Of a stretch of DNA of 15,532 bases, positions 8,441 through 15,121 are shown in pieces. The position numbers were made by a program, and so were the translations under genes. Numbering within the stretch: position 1 is the first letter of the stretch; every line of letters begins with the position of its first letter. The stretch is from Opitutales bacterium (GTDB lineage: Bacteria > Verrucomicrobiota > Verrucomicrobiia > Opitutales > JAJFLR01), in the NCBI GenBank assembly GCA_021772565.1, contig JAJFLR010000001.1:1-15532 (forward strand). Direction: 5' to 3'. The notes below the pieces were generated by a model. That model was not told where the DNA came from. It saw only the letters and a program-made list of their open reading frames with translations, and did not search any database.

Positions 8441-9098
8441 CTACATAGATTGCCACATCCCGATTTTACATCGGGATTCGCAATGACAATCACTTTTCCA
8501 CTTTGTCATCGCGAGGAGTGTAACGACGCGGCGATCCATCCATACCTTGTCATCGCGAGGAGTGAAACGACACGGCGATCCATCACTTTTTCTTTGTTCT
8601 ACATGGATTGCCACATCCCGATTTACATCGGGACTCGCAATGACAACCTCTTTTTCACTTTGTCATCGCGAGGAGGAAACGACGCGGCGATCCATCACTT
8701 TTCTTTATTCTACATGGATTGCCACGCCCCGATCAAACATCGGGACTCGCAATGACAATCGATTTTCCACTTTGTCATCGCGAGGAGTGAAACGACACGG
8801 CGATCCATCACTTTTTCTTTGTTCTACATAGATTGCCACATCCCGATTTACATCGAGACTCGCAATGACAATCGATTTTATTTTGTCATCGCGAGGAGTG
8901 AAACGACGCGGTGATCCATCACTTTTTCTTTGTTCTACATGGATTGCCACGCCCCGATCAAACATCGGGACTCGCAATGACAACCTCTTTTCAACTTTGT
9001 CATCGCGAGGAGTGAAACGACGCGGCGATCCATCACTTTTTCTTTATTCTACATAGATTGCCACGCCCCAATTTTACATTGGGACTCGCAATGACAAT
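8441..9098. repeat. Tandem composite repeat array, part 2 (six B copies and seven A copies), downstream flank of the GIY-YIG cassette
   Basis: B copies lie at 8441-8490, 8599-8647, 8710-8759, 8824-8872, 8935-8983 and 9049-9098. A copies lie at 8503-8540, 8548-8584, 8660-8696, 8772-8809, 8883-8920 and 8997-9034. B-to-B spacing is 111 or 114 nt for simple units. Variants of the B hairpin are cccgat-ttac-atcggg, cccgat-caaac-atcggg and cccaat-ttttac-attggg. Confidence 0.9.
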
Positions 9099-9179
9099 TT
9101 GAATTTATAAAAAATACTGACTGGTAAAATTCGTCATTACTCTTATAGGCTAAGAAATATAAAATAAAAACTATATCAG

Positions 9180-10172
9180 ATGCCAGATACATTAGAAAAT
9201 ATTAATCCGATTGTCATTGGTCCAAATAACAAGAATCGACCAGATAAACTCTCCCCTATTCAGGAAGAAATTATCGCACTTAAGAAAAAACGTAATGCTG
9301 TAATTTTGGCGCATAACTATCAAGTCGATTCTATTCAAGAAATTGCCGATTACGTTGGAGATTCATTGGGTCTCTCATATAAAGCTGCTGAAACTGAAGC
9401 TGATGTTATTTTATTTTGCGGTGTCCACTTTATGGCTGAAACGGCAAAAATTGTTAACCCAAACAAAACAGTTTTACTACCAGACTTGAATGCTGGCTGC
9501 TCTCTATCCGATTCTTGTCCGGCAGAAAAACTAGCAGACTATAAAGAAAAAAATCCTGATGTCTATGTTGTCGCTTACATCAACTGTTCAGCCGCAGTTA
9601 AAGCACTCAGCGATGTAATTTGCACTAGCGGCAATGCAATTAAAATAGTCGAAAAGATTCCAGAAGATAGAGAAATTTTATTTGTTCCCGACCAAAATCT
9701 TGGACAATGGGTTTCTAAAGTCACTGGCAGAAAAATGTTGCTCTGGCCAGGCAGTTGTTACGCGCATGTGTTATTTACTGTAAGAGCAATTGACAGAATT
9801 AAAATGGATTTCCCCAACGCACCTATTGTAGCACATCCAGAATGCATCGAAGCTGTGCGCGATATTGCCGATGAAGTTTGCAGCACTGAAAAAATGATAA
9901 GCTTTGCAATAAATCATGCTGCCAATGAAATTATCGTAGTCACAGAATCCGGCATGCTACATCGACTACGACGTGAAGTTCCAGATAAAACTTTTATTGC
10001 CGGACCAACTGAAAATTGTGCCTGCAATGATTGTCGATTTATGAAAATGAACACCATCGAAAAAACGCGTGACGCCCTACTTCATCTCGAGCCAAAAATT
10101 GAACTTGATGAAAATTTGAGAATTAATGCCTACACCCCGATCAAAAAAATGTTAGACTGGAGTAGAAGTTAA
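9180..10172 (+). CDS. nadA: Quinolinate synthase A (NAD biosynthesis)
   Basis: 330 aa. It has the NadA hallmarks 'ILAHNYQ', 'ILFCGVHFMAETAKI' and 'VVAYINCSAAVKA', and three conserved Cys (Fe-S cluster ligands) at roughly 80, 106 and 127 residue spacing. The length is typical for NadA. Confidence 0.9.
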   Translation: MPDTLENINPIVIGPNNKNRPDKLSPIQEEIIALKKKRNAVILAHNYQVDSIQEIADYVGDSLGLSYKAAETEADVILFCGVHFMAETAKIVNPNKTVLLPDLNAGCSLSDSCPAEKLADYKEKNPDVYVVAYINCSAAVKALSDVICTSGNAIKIVEKIPEDREILFVPDQNLGQWVSKVTGRKMLLWPGSCYAHVLFTVRAIDRIKMDFPNAPIVAHPECIEAVRDIADEVCSTEKMISFAINHAANEIIVVTESGMLHRLRREVPDKTFIAGPTENCACNDCRFMKMNTIEKTRDALLHLEPKIELDENLRINAYTPIKKMLDWSRS

Positions 10173-10228
10173 CCACTCACATATTTTAAAAATTAGATTA
10201 AACATAAACATCAAAAAGGAGAATACAA

Positions 10229-11515
10229 ATGTCTGAAAATTATAAATTTGAAACTAAATGCCTGCATGTTGGACACCAACCGGATCCTTCAACTAATGCT
10301 CGTGGTGTACCTGTGAACCGTACTTCCTCCTACGTCTTTAATAACACAGAACACGCAGCCAATCTGTTTGCTCTAAAAGAATTTGGCAACATCTACACAC
10401 GCTTGATGAATCCGACACATGATACATTAGAGCAACGAGTCGCTTCATTGGAAGGGGGTTGTGCCGGCTTAGCTTTTTCATCAGGTACTGCTGCCATTTA
10501 TAATTCGATAATTAATATCTGTTCTATGGGAGATGAGATTGTTTCAGCAAACAATCTTTACGGAGGAACCTATACGATGTTTGATTCGATACTTCCGCAA
10601 TTCGGTATTAAAGCAAATTTTGTCGATCCGCGAGATACATCAAGTTTTGAATCTGCGATAACTGATAAAACAAGGGCGATTTTTATCGAGACCATTGGTA
10701 ATCCAGTTTTGGAGTTTACTGATATCAGTGCCGTTTCAGAAATTGCCAAGAAACACAAAATTCCACTTATTGTTGATGCCACATTCACCACACCGTATCT
10801 ATTGAAAACTATTGAGCACGGTGCTAACATAGTTATCAATTCATTAACAAAATGGATGGGCGGTCATGGGACTGGTATTGGTGGAATCGTTATTGATGCC
10901 GGAAATTTTGATTGGACAGATTCTAAATTCAAACTCTTCAATGAACCTGATGCAAGTTATCATGGATTACGTTATGCGCATGATTTAGGAGAACTGAATC
11001 ATTTGGCATTTATATTAAGGCTTCGATTAGTACCTCTGCGTAATATCGGTTCCTGTATCTCACCGGATAACGCCTGGATGTTTCTACAGGGATTGGAAAC
11101 TTTACCTTTACGTATGCAACGCCATTGTGAAAATGCCGCCAAAGTTGCAGCTCATTTGGAAAGTCATGCACAAGTCGATTGGGTACGTTATCCCGGATTG
11201 AAAAATGATCCAACTCACGAAGTTGCGAGCAAATATTTAAAAAATGGTTTTGGCAGTATGGTTGTTTTTGGCATAAAAGGTGGATACGATGCCGGGGTAA
11301 AATTTGTCGACAATCTAAAATTATTTTCTCACTTGGCCAACGTTGGTGATGCAAAAAGTTTAGTGCTGCATCCATCGAGCACATCACATTCGCAACTGTC
11401 AGAGGAGCAACAAGCATCGAGTGGCTTAACACCTGACCTCGTTAGACTATCTGTCGGCATCGAACATATCGACGATATAATTGAGGATTTAGAATTTGGT
11501 TTTTCACTGGGTTAG
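10229..11515 (+). CDS. metY: O-acetylhomoserine aminocarboxypropyltransferase / O-acetylhomoserine sulfhydrylase (PLP-dependent, Cys/Met metabolism family)
   Basis: 428 aa. The PLP-lysine motif 'NSLTKWMGGHGT' and 'GNIYTRLMNPT' are conserved in MetY/MET17-type enzymes, and the C-terminal 'GDAKSLVLHPSSTSHSQL' is typical. There is a strong SD sequence (aaaaaggag) 8 nt upstream of the ATG. Confidence 0.9.
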   Translation: MSENYKFETKCLHVGHQPDPSTNARGVPVNRTSSYVFNNTEHAANLFALKEFGNIYTRLMNPTHDTLEQRVASLEGGCAGLAFSSGTAAIYNSIINICSMGDEIVSANNLYGGTYTMFDSILPQFGIKANFVDPRDTSSFESAITDKTRAIFIETIGNPVLEFTDISAVSEIAKKHKIPLIVDATFTTPYLLKTIEHGANIVINSLTKWMGGHGTGIGGIVIDAGNFDWTDSKFKLFNEPDASYHGLRYAHDLGELNHLAFILRLRLVPLRNIGSCISPDNAWMFLQGLETLPLRMQRHCENAAKVAAHLESHAQVDWVRYPGLKNDPTHEVASKYLKNGFGSMVVFGIKGGYDAGVKFVDNLKLFSHLANVGDAKSLVLHPSSTSHSQLSEEQQASSGLTPDLVRLSVGIEHIDDIIEDLEFGFSLG

Positions 11516-11522
11516 CTCCAGA

Positions 11523-11540
11523 GTCCCGATATATCGGGAC
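11523..11540. terminator. Perfect hairpin gtcccgat-at-atcgggac between convergent metY and PEP-CTERM genes (terminator and/or minimal repeat-family member)
   Basis: The 8-bp stem uses the same cccgat/atcggg arms as the module B hairpin of the 7420-9098 array. It lies 8 nt after the metY stop, and no clean U-tract follows. Confidence 0.35.
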
Positions 11541-11594
11541 AACATAATCACGATTAAAAGTATAACGCTTTTATGATTCAGAAATTTTTGAAAA

Positions 11595-12281
11595 CTAAGA
11601 TGTTTTTCTCAGCTTACGGTAGTATGCTAAACCTAACGCACCGAGTCCAAGTGCAGCAGCATATGCGGCTGGCTCAGGAACAGTTGTAACAACAATCGGT
11701 GTATTCAGATTTGTTTCGAGTTTACCACCAAGAATAGTCATAGTTTTTTCAGATACATTCCAATCAACATTTATGAACCCGAACTGACTGTCTCCTGTTT
11801 GAAATCCAATTGCACCAATTCGATTTGTTATCCAATCCCCAACAGCTCCACCATAATAACTATGAAATAATCGACCGTTTGTTGAAGCTGAATTGAGATT
11901 ACCATTTACAATAGATCCATAACTATAGTAATTCGCATTGGATCCAGTAGTCATAATGTTAGATCCACTTCCACCAAAAACTATAACAAGTTGGTCACCG
12001 GACAATACTCGCCCCCAAAATGTCAAATAGTCGTTAGAATCAGATGAAGCATCCAAGCTATATCCTGCTGTTTGCCCGCCAGTTCCACTACCAGTAGAAA
12101 TAAACGTAGTGCCAATTAGACTTGCAAGATTAAGATCAATAACTGCAGCTGAGGATATTACAGTCTGTCCAAGAATTCCCGATAACAGGGCCAGACTCGA
12201 CGAACTAATTGAATAACTTTGTATTCTATTTTTAATTGGGGTTAGATGTCTTGATATACTTGTCGTTAGTTTAGTACTCAT
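11595..12281 (-). CDS. PEP-CTERM sorting-domain protein (putative exosortase substrate), Gly/Ser/Thr-rich secreted protein
   Basis: The C-terminus 'TVPEPAAYAAALGLGALGLAYYRKLRKTS' is the VPEP motif plus a hydrophobic helix plus a basic cluster, which is the canonical PEP-CTERM anchor. The body is low-complexity and G/S/T/N-rich. The annotated ATG at 12281 has no SD, and the hydrophobic signal-like segment starts around residue 27, so the true start may differ. Confidence 0.75.
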   Translation of the reverse strand: MSTKLTTSISRHLTPIKNRIQSYSISSSSLALLSGILGQTVISSAAVIDLNLASLIGTTFISTGSGTGGQTAGYSLDASSDSNDYLTFWGRVLSGDQLVIVFGGSGSNIMTTGSNANYYSYGSIVNGNLNSASTNGRLFHSYYGGAVGDWITNRIGAIGFQTGDSQFGFINVDWNVSEKTMTILGGKLETNLNTPIVVTTVPEPAAYAAALGLGALGLAYYRKLRKTS

Positions 12282-12467
12282 TATTATTTATTTGGTTTTG
12301 GTATTTATGTAAAATATTCTAATGTAGTAATTATTGAAAAAATGCACCAATATTTAAATTTTAATATATTATTTATGTCAAGTCTGTTTAATATTATTTA
12401 TAGCAATTGCCAAAATGTATTCGTTTATATTGAGCATAGACTAACGTTCTGTTCGAATTAAATAGTC

Positions 12468-12625
12468 ATGGATCGCTTTGTCCAGCCGTCGTAGCCATTG
12501 GCTACTATGGCGGAGTCGGTTCACGTTGTTCCTCACGATGACAAAGTTGTGCGATTGTCATGTTTTCTCGTGATCATGTCGTCCCGATAAATCGGCACTC
12601 GGTAGCGAGACCTGCTGAGGCAGGT
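12468..12625. repeat. Inverted solo copy of array modules (rc of C, rc of A-head, rc of B-end, rc of D) followed by a short palindrome
   Basis: rc(12468-12519) = ccgactccgccatagtagccaatggctacgacggctggacaaagcgatccat, which matches the A+C unit at 7636-7688. rc(12530-12546) = ctttgtcatcgtgaggaa, which matches 7610-7626. 12553-12562 'cgattgtcat' is the rc of the B-end/linker 'atgacaatcg'. rc(12576-12609) = ctcgctaccgagtgccgatttatcgggacgacatg, which is module D (compare 1201-1245). 12610-12625 'acctgctgaggcaggt' is a perfect hairpin. Confidence 0.6.
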
Positions 12626-12834
12626 CGCGGTAATCTATCTAATTTTTGATTTGAGTTGATATTTGATTACAGTATAATCATTCAGTTTATTACTTCTGAT
12701 ATTTAAAATATACGTATGCATTTATGGCAATCGCTATAGTTTGAAAATTTATAAAAAGATAACCCGTCTGAGAATATATTTTTGATATCATACCTCAGAA
12801 GGGTTCTTTTTTTTTGATCTGAAAACATTCATAA

Positions 12835-13938
12835 TCAGATCAGTTTTGTGATACGATCGGTTAAGCCTTGCTCACCGAGAACCACGTTTAGTTTACTTGT
12901 TTTAGCTACGGTTTCCAGAACTTCCAACTCACGAAGTTTCATGAGAACAGGATTTGCCTCTATTAACTTGGCAGTGTTCATTTGAGAACGCATAGCTGCA
13001 GTTTCTTCACGACGTTTGATGACATTTGCTTCAGATGCTTTTTGAGCTTCCATAACTTTATTCATCAATTCCTTCATGTCTCCAGGAAGAATAATATCGC
13101 GAATGCCCAGCGCGATAATTTCAACACCGAAGCCTTTTGCTACTGCATCGATATTACGCTTGGTATATTTCGCCAGATCTTCTTTGTCTGCAAGTAGTCC
13201 ATCGAGTACTCGAGTTCCTACTTCAGAACGAAGAGTCAGCTGTGCTTCACGGTACAGCGCTTGAGCAATATCCATAACCTTATCAACAGACTTTTGAGGA
13301 TCAGTGATACGGTAAGTCAGGAGTGCATTCAAACGCATAGTTACTTTATCCTGGGTCATAATTTCCTGACCGGAAATATCCATAATCTGCTCACGTTGAT
13401 CAACCAAGTAAATTTTTACTTTGGCTGCATCTTTCCAAAATGCATTTTTTCCGGAAGGAAGAATTTCGGTGAATTCACCATTGACGTATAGAACGCCAAC
13501 TTTTCCATCAGGAATATCAGTAATATTTAGAAAGACATTCGCAGAAACATTTTTTAGAATAGTTTCCAGGTCTTGCCGTTTTAGTTGTAGTGCATCAGTT
13601 TTAATAACTGTGACATCAACCTTACGGAATTTTGTCCATAGACCATACAGGCCAGGACCCACGATTTTTTCGAAACGATTGTCCACCCAGACAAGAGCAC
13701 GTTCATTATCCTTTAGGTCAATGAACTTTGCTTTGTCGTTCAACAATACGCTACGAGCGAGCTGATCGATTTCTACAGAATCGATCCAGGGACTTCGCTG
13801 GCTAACAACTTCCACTTTAACTTTACTGCGGAAGCTGAAGAACCAACGCCATCCTTCGCTTACAAGATCGATCAATTTACCATTCTTGTAAACCAGCCCG
13901 AACTCATCATATTTAATATATTTTCGGAATAGGATCAT
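12835..13938 (-). CDS. SPFH/band-7 domain protein (stomatin/prohibitin/HflC-like), apparently without N-terminal membrane anchor
   Basis: 367 aa. The central region 'QDKVTMRLNALLTYRITDPQKSVDKV...REAQLTLRSEVGTRVLDGLLADKEDL...GVEIIALGIRDIILPGDMKELMNKVMEAQKASEA' matches the SPFH core plus a C-terminal coiled-coil. There is a strong SD sequence (aaggag) upstream. No hydrophobic TM segment is present in the first 60 residues. Confidence 0.8.
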   Translation of the reverse strand: MILFRKYIKYDEFGLVYKNGKLIDLVSEGWRWFFSFRSKVKVEVVSQRSPWIDSVEIDQLARSVLLNDKAKFIDLKDNERALVWVDNRFEKIVGPGLYGLWTKFRKVDVTVIKTDALQLKRQDLETILKNVSANVFLNITDIPDGKVGVLYVNGEFTEILPSGKNAFWKDAAKVKIYLVDQREQIMDISGQEIMTQDKVTMRLNALLTYRITDPQKSVDKVMDIAQALYREAQLTLRSEVGTRVLDGLLADKEDLAKYTKRNIDAVAKGFGVEIIALGIRDIILPGDMKELMNKVMEAQKASEANVIKRREETAAMRSQMNTAKLIEANPVLMKLRELEVLETVAKTSKLNVVLGEQGLTDRITKLI

Positions 13939-14306
13939 TTTTTCTCCTTGGTTTTAGTTTATGTTGTAGTTCACACCTCATTATTAAGATGCGAAAGTAT
14001 TAAAAGAGTGATCCTCGGGAAGCATTCGAGACCTTGATCCCATCAATATTACGGAATCATTTTTTAGAAAAGTATCAGCTTTGGTTTTTGAAAGGATAGA
14101 AATACAAAATTGTCTAAACAGTTTTTGTTTTCAATCGAACCTATTACGATTTCAATAATCGAATTAGTAATAGCAATCAATGCGCAAGCTTCTACCAAAC
14201 GGTATCCAAATGATTCTGGTAAGTTTGATGTTGTAATCGATATAAAATCGATTGACAGATCTCAGTAACGTTAACTTCCCTTGGATCGTATTTGAGCCTG
14301 CAAAGC

Positions 14307-14331
14307 AGGCAGTTAAGGGATTTGAACCCTC
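14307..14331 (-). other. Isolated tRNA 3' fragment (T-arm plus acceptor 3' strand, GAGGG-TTCAAAT-CCCTT-AACTGCC-T) with no matching 5' half
   Basis: The minus-strand sense sequence contains a canonical T-loop TTCAAAT with a 5-bp stem and a 7-nt acceptor strand. No complementary 5' acceptor (GGCAGTT) is found upstream. It is followed by the hairpin gcctgctttgcaggc. Confidence 0.4.
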
Positions 14332-14352
14332 GGTTTTCCACTTTTACCTTAG

Positions 14353-14424
14353 TCGGATACACGGGATTCGAACCCGCCACAGCTTGATTCTAAGTCAAGT
14401 GCTCTACCACTGAGCTAATATCGC
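14353..14424 (-). tRNA. tRNA-like gene, anticodon UAG, class-I (short variable arm). Acceptor stem has 2 terminal mismatches, so it is a possible pseudogene or atypical tRNA
   Basis: Minus-strand sense: GCGATAT-TA-GCTC-AGTGGTA-GAGC-A-CTTGA-CTTAGAA-TCAAG-CTGTG-GCGGG-TTCGAAT-CCCGT-GTATCCG-A. The D-, anticodon- and T-arms are canonical (T-loop TTCGAAT, U33, A37). In the acceptor stem, pairs 3-7 are fine but 1-72 is G/G and 2-71 is C/C. Confidence 0.5.
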
Positions 14425-14821
14425 GTGTTTTCACGATGCTTTCGATGCCATTGACAGAATACAATAACATAACGGAATACTCAAAACGAATTTCCGACAT
14501 ATTGCACTGTTGGACGGCAACATGAAATTGTACTCCGACCCTTACCGTCACATATTACCCGGATTATGCATTAGGTTAGATGTTTAGTTTGTGAAATTAA
14601 TGACAAAGGAGCGTATTCTAATACGTGACTGCAGTCCTTGATTGAAGCACACTGAAAATGTAGCCAAAACGTTTTTCAAAAATTTTAATTTTTGTTTTCT
14701 ATATACTATTAGAAAACATTCTGAATAATGAACAATTACAGAATAATTTTGAAAAACGTGGTGCAGAATTCGGGTTGATAACGTGGTGTGCCAACCCTAA
14801 CACTACCGGAGCAAAAATATT

Positions 14822-14891
14822 TGGAATGGAAGGATTCGAACCTGGGATTAAAGATTAACAATCTCCTGTGTTACCACTACACCATCTTGCT
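14822..14891 (-). pseudogene. tRNA-Asn(GUU)-like gene with 3' end (T-stem 3' strand plus acceptor) replaced by unrelated sequence ending CCA
   Basis: Minus-strand sense: AGCAAGA-TG-GTGT-AGTGGTA-ACAC-A-GGAGA-TTGTTAA-TCTTT-AATC-CCAGG-TTCGAAT-CCTTCCATTCCA. The D-arm and anticodon arm (anticodon GUU) are good. T-stem 5' CCAGG has no partner (CCTTC), and the 3' tail does not pair with the 5' acceptor AGCAAGA. Confidence 0.45.
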
Positions 14892-14901
14892 AAAATAAAT
14901 T

Positions 14902-14975
14902 TAACCGAGGAGGGATTCGAACCCCCATCAAACTGTTTCTAAAACAGTCGCCTTTATCCGTTGGGCTACTCGGCT
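14902..14975 (-). tRNA. tRNA, anticodon UAG, class-I fold (5-nt variable loop), identity uncertain (nominally Leu by anticodon)
   Basis: Minus-strand sense: AGCCGAG-TA-GCCC-AACGGATAA-AGGC-G-ACTGT-TTTAGAA-ACAGT-TTGAT-GGGGG-TTCGAAT-CCCTC-CTCGGTT-A. All four stems pair (7/7 acceptor including one G·U, 5/5 anticodon stem, 5/5 T-stem including one G·U). The T-loop is TTCGAAT, with U33 and A37. It is 74 nt and CCA is not encoded. Confidence 0.65.
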
Positions 14976-15121
14976 GAAAATTGGTTGGCTAGCGACAATT
15001 AGAACTCCCTATTAACGACAATTAAAAATCCCTACCATTGTTTTGTCAAAAAGCCTGGAGCTTTTTGGCGGAACGTAATCAGAGTTAAGGGATGATATCT
15101 CATCAACAATACCGAAAAATT

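Noticed and set aside
7424-9056. Six ORFs of 63-101 aa on both strands inside the repeat array (7424-7657-, 7561-7800-, 8450-8755+, 8547-8831+, 8705-8983-, 8865-9056+), encoding repetitive peptides such as 'LCHREE...SRGVKRHGDPSLFLCSTWIAT'
   Set aside because: They exist only because the unit spacing is 111 or 114 nt (multiples of 3), which lets frames stay open across copies. They overlap one another on both strands and have no RBS, and their amino-acid repeats simply mirror the DNA repeat. The 3n periodicity is shared by units that are obvious duplicates of each other, so it is weak evidence for coding.
7420-9098. CRISPR array interpretation (37-nt repeat A separated by roughly 75-nt 'spacers')
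   Set aside because: The sequences between A copies (module B plus linkers) are themselves near-identical from unit to unit, so there are no unique spacers. No cas genes are in the window.
7420-9098. Integron attC/cassette array interpretation
   Set aside because: The units lack the attC R''/R' core sites (RYYYAAC ... GTTRRRY). 'tgtaac' and 'gttacac' only loosely resemble them. No intI gene is present, and the units carry no ORFs.
10570-11432. ORFs 10570-10839- and 11010-11432- antisense to metY
   Set aside because: They are embedded antisense within the strongly supported MetY CDS. The 140-aa one has no recognisable motifs.
12982-13765. Four + strand ORFs (62-114 aa) antisense to the SPFH gene
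   Set aside because: They are overlapping and antisense to a well-supported CDS, with no RBS and no motifs.
14192-14380. 62-aa minus-strand ORF
   Set aside because: It overlaps the tRNA 3' fragment and the tRNA-like gene (14307-14424). Its sequence is explained by tRNA-derived DNA.
14902-14975. Reading the tRNA genes on the + strand, which would give CUA (amber-suppressor) anticodons
   Set aside because: On the + strand the GGTTCGAATCC element would sit at the D-arm position and no cloverleaf forms. The minus-strand orientation gives canonical T-loops (TTCGAAT) at the 3' side, so the anticodon is UAG, not CUA.
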